Shown piece by piece: positions 48,967 to 57,606 of a stretch of DNA of 64,000 nt. This DNA comes from Candidatus Latescibacterota bacterium (GTDB lineage Bacteria; Latescibacterota; UBA2968; UBA8231). The position numbers and the translations under genes were made by a program. Each line of letters starts with the position of its first letter. Positions within the stretch are counted from its first letter, which is position 1. The DNA lies in contig CBDCDC010000002.1 of assembly GCA_965215195.1 (NCBI GenBank), positions 3,264,001 through 3,328,000 on the forward strand, written 5' to 3'. The notes beneath the pieces are model-generated. The model ran no database searches. It was not told the DNA's origin and worked only from the letters and a program-made list of their open reading frames with translations.

Positions 48967-49584
48967 TTAGATGGTCTGTATCAGGACGTAGCCATTGGCC
49001 CCGCCCGGCACCGCTCCCTTGAGGAAGAGCAAGTTGCGATCCGCGTCGATCCGCTCGACGGTCAACCCCTTGGTGGAGACTCGCTTGTTGCCCATCTGGC
49101 CGGACATTTTCTTGCCCTTCCACACCTTGCCCGGGGTCGTGCCTTGGCCGATGGAGCCGCCGTGGCGTACGGTATTGGGCGTACCGTGGCTGGTGTTCTT
49201 GCCGCGGAAACCGTGGCGCTTGACCACCCCGGCAAACCCCTTGCCCTTGGATTTGCCCGTCACTTTGACTCGATGTCCCACCTCGAACTGGCTCACATCC
49301 AAAACTTGGCCAACCTCGAATTCGCCCTCTTCGCCGCGAAATTCGCGCAGGATGCGGTGCCCGCTCACGCCGGCCTTGGTCAGATGGCCCCGTTGCGGCT
49401 TGCTCAGCTTGCGCTCCGGCACTTCGTCGAATGCGAGCTGCAAAGCCGAGTATCCATTGTCCTCTTCGGTCCGCACTTGTACCACCGGGCAGGGGCCGGC
49501 CGCGACGATCGTCACCGGCGTGAGCTCCTCGCGGTTGTTGTACACCTGCGTCATTCCCAATTTTTTGCCAATCAAGGCCGCCAT
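48967..49584 (-). CDS. rplC: 50S ribosomal protein L3
   Basis: LIGKKLGMTQ, PVT, GYSALQL, VTGKSKGKGFAGVVKRH, GSIG, KKMSGQMG, KGAVPG. Confidence 0.97.
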   Translation of the reverse strand: MAALIGKKLGMTQVYNNREELTPVTIVAAGPCPVVQVRTEEDNGYSALQLAFDEVPERKLSKPQRGHLTKAGVSGHRILREFRGEEGEFEVGQVLDVSQFEVGHRVKVTGKSKGKGFAGVVKRHGFRGKNTSHGTPNTVRHGGSIGQGTTPGKVWKGKKMSGQMGNKRVSTKGLTVERIDADRNLLFLKGAVPGGANGYVLIQTI

Positions 49585-49683
49585 AAGGCCAACTCCTTCA
49601 TATAGTTGTCGCGCAAACAGAATCGTAAAAATTACGCAAAAGTTTCCTAGCGGGCAAGAGACGCCCGCAGCAGGGCTGCAACA

Positions 49684-50565
49684 TTGAGCGCACTAACCAT
49701 ATTTCGCGGCGGGGCGATCGGCGACTTTGTCCTCACCCTGCCCGCCATTGATGCCGTGCGCCGGGCCTTTCCCGCCGCTCAATTGCGCCTCATCGGCCGC
49801 CCGGCCACCCTCGCGCTCGGCCCAGCGGCCTCCATCCTCGACAGCGAAGACCCGCGCCTGATTGCCTTGCACCGCACTGGACCGCTTCCCCCGGCCACGC
49901 GCCAGCTCTTCGCCACTACCCAGCGCGTGCTAGCCTATGCGGTGGATCAACACTTCGGTCCGCAACTGCGCCGAGCCGTAGCCGGCCCCCTGCTGCTGTG
50001 GGACCCACGCCCTCCAGCCGATTTCCGCGGCCACATCGTCGATCACTTGCTAAGCCCCTTGAGGCAATGGGGCTTGCCCGTCGGCAACCGCACTCCGCGC
50101 ATCGAGCTGGGGCCCGGCGACTACGGCTATGCAGACGCGCTCGCGTCCGCGTCCGAAGTCGTCATCCATCTAGGCAGCGGCTCGCCGGCCAAGTGCTGGC
50201 CCGCGGCGAAGTTCCACGCCCTCGCCCTCGCGCTGCAAAAAAGGGGCTGGCACACCGCGCTCCTGTGCGGCCCGGTCGAACGCGAACGCCAGCTCCCAGT
50301 CGGCACCCTACCCGTGCTCCACCCCCCAGACCTGCGCTCCCTCGCCGGCTTGCTCGCCAAGGCCGCGCTCTTCATTGGCAACGACTCCGGCCCCGGGCAC
50401 ATGGCCGCGGCCATCGGCACCCCGACCCTGACGCTGTTTGGCCCCACCGACCCCCGGCTGTGGGCACCGCGCGGCAAGTGCAGTCAAGTCCTGCAAGCAC
50501 CGGCCGCAGACATCGCTGCAATCCCCACTGCGGCCGCCATAGACGCTGCGCTAGCCCTCCTTTAG
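49684..50565 (+). CDS. Glycosyltransferase family 9 (heptosyltransferase-like)
   Basis: GAIGDFVLTLP, IHLGSGSPAKCWP, FIGNDSGPGHMAAA.G.PT.TLFGPT. Confidence 0.88.
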   Translation: MSALTIFRGGAIGDFVLTLPAIDAVRRAFPAAQLRLIGRPATLALGPAASILDSEDPRLIALHRTGPLPPATRQLFATTQRVLAYAVDQHFGPQLRRAVAGPLLLWDPRPPADFRGHIVDHLLSPLRQWGLPVGNRTPRIELGPGDYGYADALASASEVVIHLGSGSPAKCWPAAKFHALALALQKRGWHTALLCGPVERERQLPVGTLPVLHPPDLRSLAGLLAKAALFIGNDSGPGHMAAAIGTPTLTLFGPTDPRLWAPRGKCSQVLQAPAADIAAIPTAAAIDAALALL

Positions 50566-50573
50566 AGTGCGCC

Positions 50574-51194
50574 ATGACTTCCTACGCCGACCAACGCCGC
50601 GCCATGGTGCGCGAGCAACTCCGCCACCGCGGCATTGGCGACCCGCACGTACTCGCCGCGTTCGCCCGCGTCCCAAGGCATTGCTACGTCCCGGAGGCCC
50701 TGCGCTCCCACGCGTATGCCGACCACCCGCTGGCCATCGGCTCAGACCAAACCATCTCGCAGCCGTACGTAGTGGCCTACATGCTCTCGGCACTCGGCCT
50801 ACAGGGCACAGAACGGGTCTTGGAGATTGGCACCGGCTCTGGATACCAAACCGCCCTGCTCGCCGAACTCGCCGGCCAAGTCTATAGCATTGAATGCTTC
50901 GCCGACCTCGCCGCACGGGCCCGTGGCGTACTCGCCGATGCGGGCTATAGCCACGTCGCCCTCCGCGTCGGCGATGGCCGCCTAGGCTGGCCCGAGGCCG
51001 CCCCTTTTGACGCCATCGCATGCTCGGCCGCACCCGCTACCATCCCGCCCGCCCTAACCGAACAACTAGCGCCCAACGGCCGCTTCATTCTCCCGCTAGG
51101 CACCCAACGCCAGCACTTGGTCTTGGTAGAGCGCAGCGCGACCGGCCTCAGCCAGCGCCAACTCCTACCCGTGCGCTTCGTGCCGATGCAATGA
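50574..51194 (+). CDS. pcm: Protein-L-isoaspartate O-methyltransferase
   Basis: MVREQLR.RGI, VPRH, QTISQPY.VA, VLEIGTGSGYQ, GWPEAAPFD, VRFVPM. Confidence 0.95.
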   Translation: MTSYADQRRAMVREQLRHRGIGDPHVLAAFARVPRHCYVPEALRSHAYADHPLAIGSDQTISQPYVVAYMLSALGLQGTERVLEIGTGSGYQTALLAELAGQVYSIECFADLAARARGVLADAGYSHVALRVGDGRLGWPEAAPFDAIACSAAPATIPPALTEQLAPNGRFILPLGTQRQHLVLVERSATGLSQRQLLPVRFVPMQ

Positions 51195-51240
51195 GGAGAG
51201 AAATGTAGCGCAGAGTTGGCGCGTTCCCATGGTATAGGAT

Positions 51241-52440
51241 TCAATCACTGCCGCGCACTTGCTCGTAGAGCAACTCGGCCATAGCCCGCAGACCAATCGC
51301 TTCTACATCTGCTGATAGCGGGTAGCGGTCATCGCCCGAGTACACCACGAAGGCTCGTTGCGGCGCGACGTCCTCGCAGGCATTGTAGAACCCGCGGTCA
51401 ATGCTAGGCGTCAGCCCCAGTTTGACTTCAATGGCCCAAGGTGCGCGCTCGCTTGGCAACTCCAGTACCAAGTCGATCTCGGCCCCAGCTTGGGTGCGGT
51501 AGAAGTGCGCGACGGTTCCGGGTGGGGCCGCGACCAACAGGTTCTCGATGACAAACCCTTCCCAGCTAGCACCGGCAACGGGATGGCCAATGAGCGCATT
51601 GTAGCTAGCAAGGCCGAGTAGAGCGTGGACCAAACCGCTATCTCGGATGTAAATTTTGGGGGACTTCACGAGGCGCTTTTTAGTGTTGGCGTGGAATGGT
51701 CGCAGGCGGCGTACCAACAACAGATCAACCAGCAAATCGATGTAGCCGGCCACCGTTGGGCTGCTGACCATCAAGCTGGCGGCTAATTTCGATGCATTCA
51801 GCAGCGCACCTTGGCCATGCGCGAGCATGGTCCACAGCCGCTCCAGCGTCTCGGCCGGTATGCGCCGTCCGGTAAACTCGGATACGTCCCGTTCCAAGTA
51901 GGTGCGAATCAGGTTGCGGCGGAATATTAGGCTGTTGTCGCCGCTTGCCGCCAGAAGGCTGTCGGGAAATCCACCGCGCACCCACAGCTCGGTCGTGGAC
52001 GCGATCTCCGGCGACACGTCCAGCACGTCGAACGGGTGGAGCGGCACGTACTCGATCCGTCCCGCCAAACTCTCCCCCGACTGTCTGAGCAGCTCTACGG
52101 ACGCCGATCCGAGAATTAGGAAACGTCCCGTCCGCTTTCCGCGTCTCCGGCCTTGGTCGATCATGCCGCGGAGCTCGGTAAACAGCCCGGGCGCACGATG
52201 GATCTCGTCGAGAACAACCAAACTATCTTCGTACTCGGCGAGAAAAAGCCTCGCATCGGCGAGTTTCGCCCGATCGACACTCGATTCAAGATCTAGGTAC
52301 AGCGCGTCCGTACGCTCTGCGATCTCGTAAGCGAGCGTCGTCTTGCCAACCTGACGCGGCCCGATTAGGGCGACCGCTGCTTGTCGGTCCAAGGCGTTGG
52401 CAACGATTCTCTGGGTCCGGCGCGGAATCATACCTTGCAA
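51241..52440 (-). CDS. AAA_14 ATPase with DUF4143 domain
   Basis: GPRQVGKTT, LDEIHR, ILGSAS, ESLAGR, RGGFP, YLERD, KSPKIYIRDSGL, GAEIDLV...EVK. Confidence 0.88.
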   Translation of the reverse strand: MQGMIPRRTQRIVANALDRQAAVALIGPRQVGKTTLAYEIAERTDALYLDLESSVDRAKLADARLFLAEYEDSLVVLDEIHRAPGLFTELRGMIDQGRRRGKRTGRFLILGSASVELLRQSGESLAGRIEYVPLHPFDVLDVSPEIASTTELWVRGGFPDSLLAASGDNSLIFRRNLIRTYLERDVSEFTGRRIPAETLERLWTMLAHGQGALLNASKLAASLMVSSPTVAGYIDLLVDLLLVRRLRPFHANTKKRLVKSPKIYIRDSGLVHALLGLASYNALIGHPVAGASWEGFVIENLLVAAPPGTVAHFYRTQAGAEIDLVLELPSERAPWAIEVKLGLTPSIDRGFYNACEDVAPQRAFVVYSGDDRYPLSADVEAIGLRAMAELLYEQVRGSD

Positions 52441-52584
52441 ACTTAAAGCGGCACTTTAAAAAAACAAGGATGTATGCACACAACGCCTCGGGCTGCAAGG
52501 ACGCGGGCAACGTCTGCGGTAAGCTGGCGGGGATTTTCGGTGGTCGGTTCGCGGTTGCGCGGATAAAAAAACCGAAAGCTCTAG

Positions 52585-53382
52585 CTAGGGAAGCCTCAAA
52601 AGAGCAACAACTGGTGCGGTGGCCGCGGCGAGACCGGCGTCCCCGGCTAGGGACGCTATGTTGAGCAACCGGCCGTTGTGGACCGCGCTCAACTGCATCA
52701 GCCGGCGAAATTCCATCAATTGGTCAATGGCCGATAACTGGCGCAGATCGCGCTCTAGATACGTCTGCACGTACCCGTCAAACCAGCGCGCCCGAAACCC
52801 CGCATCTTCGGCCAAGGCCGGCACTGGATAGCCGCCAGCCCATACGGCCTCCTCCAACGGCCTGTCAGGTGCTGGCACACTGGACGGCAACGCCCGTGCG
52901 ACTTGCTCTAGGGTCTCTTGCTCGAGGAGGAGATCCAGCGTCCGGCCGTAACCACGCTCCTCAATTTCGGCCCAAGTCAGCGGCGGCAGGGAAAAATAGA
53001 CCGCCCGACCCGCCAAGGTATCCGCCACCTGCTTCATCAACAGCAGATTGGCTGAACCCGTCAGCAAAAAGCGACCGGGCTGCCGGTGGCGATCGACATC
53101 GGCCTTTATGGCCAGCAGCAACTCGGGTTGTCGTTGGATTTCGTCGAGGGTAATGTGATCCCGGCCGATGAACAGAGCAGCCGGATCGCTCTGAGCCACA
53201 TCGCGCACGTCAAAGTCGTCGAGGGAAAGGAAAGTGCGTCCTTAGCCGAGGGGAGGCGATTGGACCAAGGTGGTCTTGCCGGTCTGACGGGCCCCGTGTA
53301 CCACGACGACCGGGTATTGCGTCAGGACTTGGGCCAGTACAGGGGTTTGCAGTCGCGGCCTGATTTTATGCAAATCGTTCAC
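52585..53382 (-). pseudogene. Second AAA_14/DUF4143 gene, disrupted
   Basis: GARQTGKTT, then an in-frame TAA at 53242-53244, then LDEIQR/LTGSA/YLERD; degenerates near 52610 before the DUF4143 motifs. Confidence 0.8.
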
Positions 53383-53464
53383 GCCTTGAACGATAATCAA
53401 CCAAGACGAGATGCTCAATGCGCCCATCCAACCGCGCAGTAAACACCAACGCTAGCCAGCGTCT

Positions 53465-53749
53465 TCAAGTGGCTGGTGGAAGTAGTAACAAAGCCCGATT
53501 CATCACAATGTTCTTCGCTTCCGTACTACGCGACTCGTCAAAGAGACGAACCATAAAAGACGAATCCCATGTATACCAGTCTTCGCTATCAAGCCAGAAC
53601 TGGAACCCGTCCAAGTGGATGTCTTGCCCATCCGCTAGGCTCTCAAGTAAGGATTGGGGTATATCAGTTTTGAAAATCTTTGCCGTATAATGCAGACTGT
53701 AGTACAGTTCCTTCTTCAGAGAAAATTCCCGAGGGCGTTCTTCGACCAT
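53465..53749 (-). CDS. Hypothetical 94-aa protein or gene remnant
   Basis: ATG abuts the ABC transporter stop; same lower-GC composition as that gene. Confidence 0.35.
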   Translation of the reverse strand: MVEERPREFSLKKELYYSLHYTAKIFKTDIPQSLLESLADGQDIHLDGFQFWLDSEDWYTWDSSFMVRLFDESRSTEAKNIVMNRALLLLPPAT

Positions 53750-55582
53750 TTACCGATAGCGATCTGCCTGTACCTTGAACATCCGAGCATAGTGACCACC
53801 ACGGTTTATCAACTCATCGTGAGTACCCTCTTCCGCAATGGTACCACTCTTTAGCACGATTATCCGTCCTGCAGCTCTCACTGTAGAGAACCTATGTGAA
53901 ATGAAGATCTTCGTTTTTCCCGTTGCTAATTCAGAAAGTTTGTTGTAGACTTCGGCTTCAGCAAATGCGTCCAAGGCCGCAGTGGGCTCATCTAGGATTA
54001 AAAGATCGCTATCCCGCATGAACGCACGACTAAGGGCGATCTTTTGCCAGTCCCCCCCAGATAGGTCAGTGCCGTCCTCGAGAGTCCTGCCTAACATTGT
54101 CTCGAGTCCATTTGGTAGATTCTCAACTACGCTCTCCGCTCCTCCCTTGGCTATAGCCAATTTCACTCTCGTCTCATCTTGCAGTGCCTGTACCTGGCCA
54201 AAGCCGACGTTTTCTCGAACAGACAGTTCGTATCGAACGAAATCTTGGAAGACGACGCTAGTACGCTTCCACAGCTCCTTCTGCGAGTAGTTCACTATAT
54301 TCTTTCCGTCAAACAGGATCTCACCTTCCGTCGGATCATACAGCCTCACTAGCAACTTCACTAAAGTCGTCTTTCCTGCGCCGTTAGCACCCACCAATGC
54401 AATCGATTCTCCTGGGGATACTTTGAAAGACACGCCCCTGAGCACATCAGTGTCTGTCCCTGGATAGCGGAAGGACACCGCTCGGAACTCTATCCCGGTT
54501 CCGAGATTCTCCGGAAGTCTCAGTCCTTCGCCCTTCGCACTATGCGTCAGAGCCCCTTGAACGGCATCAGGCTCCATGTCGAGGAAATCCATGAGTAATC
54601 CTGCAAACAGGAGGTGCTCATAAAAAATACCCCCATTCTCAAACAGCGTCTTCATTCCGCTGCGAGACTGTTCGCTCGCCTGAAGGACAAGTGCGACATC
54701 TCCTACGCTCAACTGCCCTCGAATGCCCTGAATCGCTGCGTATCCCCAGATCACAACGGTTCCTAGGATCGACACACTGTCCCCGACTAGTCCGATACGC
54801 ACCTGCTTGAACCTAAGGCCTCTAGTCTCCTTGAGAAACCGCTGCCAATATGCCAAGAAGCGGCTCAGTAGCGTCTCGCGGAGACCAAGCAAGCGGATTT
54901 CCTTGGCAGCCTCTCTTGAACCAATCAGGTTGGATAGATAGGAGGCCATTCTTCGAGCGGGTGTGTGGGTTCCTACCAGCGAGAACCTTTTTCCTGCGAA
55001 GTATGCACTAATAATTACTTGGGGTAGAGCCGTAAGTATCACCAGCGGCACCGCCAAGGCATGTAACCGCACAAGTAGGGCACACACACCGAGGAGTGAT
55101 ATCATCGAGCCGAATAACTCGACCCAGAGGACCGCAAGGTTGTAAATGCGGTATCCGTCGCGGCGAGCTCTCTCCATCGTATCATGGAAGGAGGGGGTCT
55201 CGTAGAACGAGATATCCAACTGGCTTGCCTTCTTCAAGATCTCGTATTCTACCTTAATCCAGACTTGAAAACCCCAGATCTCTTTTACGCTGGAGAGCAT
55301 GGCTTGGCAAAGTGACCCGACAATCCACACAAGGAGGATTCCGCATAGTCCTACAGCGATCACTTGCCAGCTCTCCGAGAAGCTCTCTAAGCCCGCGCCA
55401 AATCCATCGACCACATCATCTATCAACACCTTGCTCAACCATATCTGTGTAGGGTAGACTAGGGCTTGAACGACAGTCAGTCCCATTGTGTAGAAAGTGA
55501 ACGTCTTGGTAGTTCTCCACACCAAGCCAAATACACGAGGATAGTACTTCAGTACACTGAGGAAGGCTCCTAGTCCCTCCAT
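53750..55582 (-). CDS. ABC exporter, fused permease/ATP-binding (MdlB-like)
   Basis: TM domain, GANGAGKTT, VFQDF, LSGGDWQKIALSRAF, ILDEPTAALD, ISHRFSTV. Start taken at ATG 55582. Confidence 0.9.
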   Translation of the reverse strand: MEGLGAFLSVLKYYPRVFGLVWRTTKTFTFYTMGLTVVQALVYPTQIWLSKVLIDDVVDGFGAGLESFSESWQVIAVGLCGILLVWIVGSLCQAMLSSVKEIWGFQVWIKVEYEILKKASQLDISFYETPSFHDTMERARRDGYRIYNLAVLWVELFGSMISLLGVCALLVRLHALAVPLVILTALPQVIISAYFAGKRFSLVGTHTPARRMASYLSNLIGSREAAKEIRLLGLRETLLSRFLAYWQRFLKETRGLRFKQVRIGLVGDSVSILGTVVIWGYAAIQGIRGQLSVGDVALVLQASEQSRSGMKTLFENGGIFYEHLLFAGLLMDFLDMEPDAVQGALTHSAKGEGLRLPENLGTGIEFRAVSFRYPGTDTDVLRGVSFKVSPGESIALVGANGAGKTTLVKLLVRLYDPTEGEILFDGKNIVNYSQKELWKRTSVVFQDFVRYELSVRENVGFGQVQALQDETRVKLAIAKGGAESVVENLPNGLETMLGRTLEDGTDLSGGDWQKIALSRAFMRDSDLLILDEPTAALDAFAEAEVYNKLSELATGKTKIFISHRFSTVRAAGRIIVLKSGTIAEEGTHDELINRGGHYARMFKVQADRYR

Positions 55583-55669
55583 TAGTCTCGTCACTGACAA
55601 AACTTGCCTCGCATATAACAGTATCCGATCTAACCTCAATCTTCGGGTTCTCTCATGCGCCAAGTGCTT

Positions 55670-55885
55670 CTTAGCGATCGTAAATCGGCGAGGCTCTCGA
55701 AGTCCTTAGCCAACCGCCGAAATCCACCCAACCACGCCCCGGGGCGTTCGACAATCCACCGTTTGGGCATCCCTTGGCATCCTAACGCTGATTTAGAGGC
55801 GATGTTGAGTCGTAATCCCAACATGGTCTCTACGAATTCAAGCGTGGTGCCGCGATAAGCCGCATCGCCCGAAAAGGGCCGCCCA
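55670..55885 (-). mobile_element. IS5-family transposase 3' remnant
   Basis: DAAYRG...PKRWIVERPGAWLGGFRRLAKDFE matches the IS5 C-terminal signature (RWxVERTFAWL..FRRL.KD.E); no 5' part. Confidence 0.8.
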
Positions 55886-55894
55886 CCCCATCCG

Positions 55895-56806
55895 CTAACC
55901 CCGCAAACTGCCCACCAGCGAGGCGAGGCGGTCGATGCCGCGCTCGTCGCAATAGGCGCGAAGCCCCTCCGCGATTTCGACGCCGGCATTCGGATTGACG
56001 AAATTGGCCGTGCCCACTTGAACGGCCGAAGCCCCCGCCACCATGAATTCGAGCGCGTCGCCGGCGGTGGCAATGCCGCCGATGCCCATGACGGGCACGT
56101 CAACCGCCTGCCCCACCTTCCACACCATGGCGAGGGCCACGGGCTTGATGGCCGGGCCGGATAAGCCGCCGGTAATCCCGCCCAAGACCGGCCGCCGCCG
56201 CTCCACGTCAATGGCCATGCCCACGAGCGTATTGATCAGGGAGACCGCATCCGCACCCGCATCCACTACGGCGCGGGCAATTTCGCCAATATCTGTGACA
56301 TTGGGCGTCAGCTTGGCGATGACCGGCCGCTCGGTGTGGCCGCGGACTGCGGCAATGGCTGCGGCCGCAGTCTGAGGTCGCGTGGCGAAATTGTCGCCCC
56401 CGGCCTCGACATTGGGACAGGATATATTGACCTCGAGCGCGGCAATGCCTTCCAACGCTTCGAGACTCGCTGCCATCTGCCCAAATTCCTCAACCGCAAA
56501 TCCGGCGATATTCACCACCACCTGCGCGTCCAAACCGGCCAACAAGGGCCATTGCTCCCCAACGAAAGCCGCCAGCCCGGGGTTTTGCAAGCCAATGGAA
56601 TTGAGCATGCCGGCCGGGGTCTCGACGATGCGCTGGGGAGGGTTGCCGCCGCGAGGCTGCGGGGTAATGGTCTTGGTGACCAGCCCACCCAAGCGCGCAA
56701 AATCGGTCAGCGGCAAAAGCTCCTGACCGTAGTTGCAGGTGCCCGAGGCCAGCAGCACTGGGTTGCGCAGCCGCATGCCGGCAAAGTCTATACTCAGGTC
56801 GGCCAT
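55895..56806 (-). CDS. pyrD: Dihydroorotate dehydrogenase B, catalytic subunit
   Basis: NPVLLASGT, GNPPQRIVETPAGMLNSIGLQNPG, NISCPNV, KLTPNVTDI, INT, GGLSGPAIKP. Confidence 0.95.
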   Translation of the reverse strand: MADLSIDFAGMRLRNPVLLASGTCNYGQELLPLTDFARLGGLVTKTITPQPRGGNPPQRIVETPAGMLNSIGLQNPGLAAFVGEQWPLLAGLDAQVVVNIAGFAVEEFGQMAASLEALEGIAALEVNISCPNVEAGGDNFATRPQTAAAAIAAVRGHTERPVIAKLTPNVTDIGEIARAVVDAGADAVSLINTLVGMAIDVERRRPVLGGITGGLSGPAIKPVALAMVWKVGQAVDVPVMGIGGIATAGDALEFMVAGASAVQVGTANFVNPNAGVEIAEGLRAYCDERGIDRLASLVGSLRG

Positions 56807-57606
56807 GCGCCGCCCCATTTTATTTGCCGTGCGTCAAACGCCGGTCCATCCACGCAGACGCGGGCGTAGCGGCCGTAGTCTGTGTCGCCTTTGGCCGTCG
56901 CCAACTCAACGGCGCAGCCCACGCAGATGCCGATGCCGCACGCCATGTACTCTTCGAGGGAAACCTGACATGGAACTTGGGCCTCTAAGCAGATGGCGGC
57001 GACGGCCTGCATCATCCCGTGCGGACCGCAGCAATAGACCGCGCACGGCCCTTTTACAGCTAGCTCGTGCTGCAACAGATCGGTGACTAAGCCCGCGTGC
57101 CCAAGGCTGCCGTCGTCGGTGGCGCGGCGCACTAGGTCCGCGGCCGGCGCGAGCAATTCGCTGGGCAGGTGCTTGTCCGCAGTCCGCGCCCCAACCAGCA
57201 GCGCGGTCTGATATGCCCGCTGCCTCAGTTCCAATCCCCAGTACAGCAGCGGCGGTACGCCAATGCCGCCCCCGACCAAGGCGACGCGCGTATCCGCAGG
57301 CGGCAGTGCGAACCCCGTGCCCAGTGGGCCGAGGGTCGGCAGGATTGCGCCCGGCCCGAGTTGGCGCAGCGCTCGGGTCTTAGGCCCTACCTCTTCGTAC
57401 AATACCTCGATAATACCGGCCTCGAGATCTGCGCCGCTCACGCTCAGGGGGATGCGCAACAAGGGAGCGATCCCCGCGCCGACTTGGATGTTGACGAACT
57501 GACCCGGCTCGATCCGCGCTGCAATGTGGGGTGCGCTCAGACGCGCCAAATAGAAATCCGCGGCCACTTCGCGGTTGCTCAACAGGCGCGCTTGCTCGTC
57601 AATCAC
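56794..57606 (-). CDS. pyrK: Dihydroorotate dehydrogenase electron transfer subunit
   Basis: PGQFV, GPLG.GF, GGGIGVPP, CGP..M, EEYMACGIGICVGC...CVDGP. Confidence 0.93.
   Translation of the reverse strand: MIDEQARLLSNREVAADFYLARLSAPHIAARIEPGQFVNIQVGAGIAPLLRIPLSVSGADLEAGIIEVLYEEVGPKTRALRQLGPGAILPTLGPLGTGFALPPADTRVALVGGGIGVPPLLYWGLELRQRAYQTALLVGARTADKHLPSELLAPAADLVRRATDDGSLGHAGLVTDLLQHELAVKGPCAVYCCGPHGMMQAVAAICLEAQVPCQVSLEEYMACGIGICVGCAVELATAKGDTDYGRYARVCVDGPAFDARQIKWGGAWPT

Noticed and set aside
53242-53244. In-frame stop as programmed recoding
   Set aside because: It is TAA and the gene is also degenerate at its 3' end, so it is a simple pseudogene.
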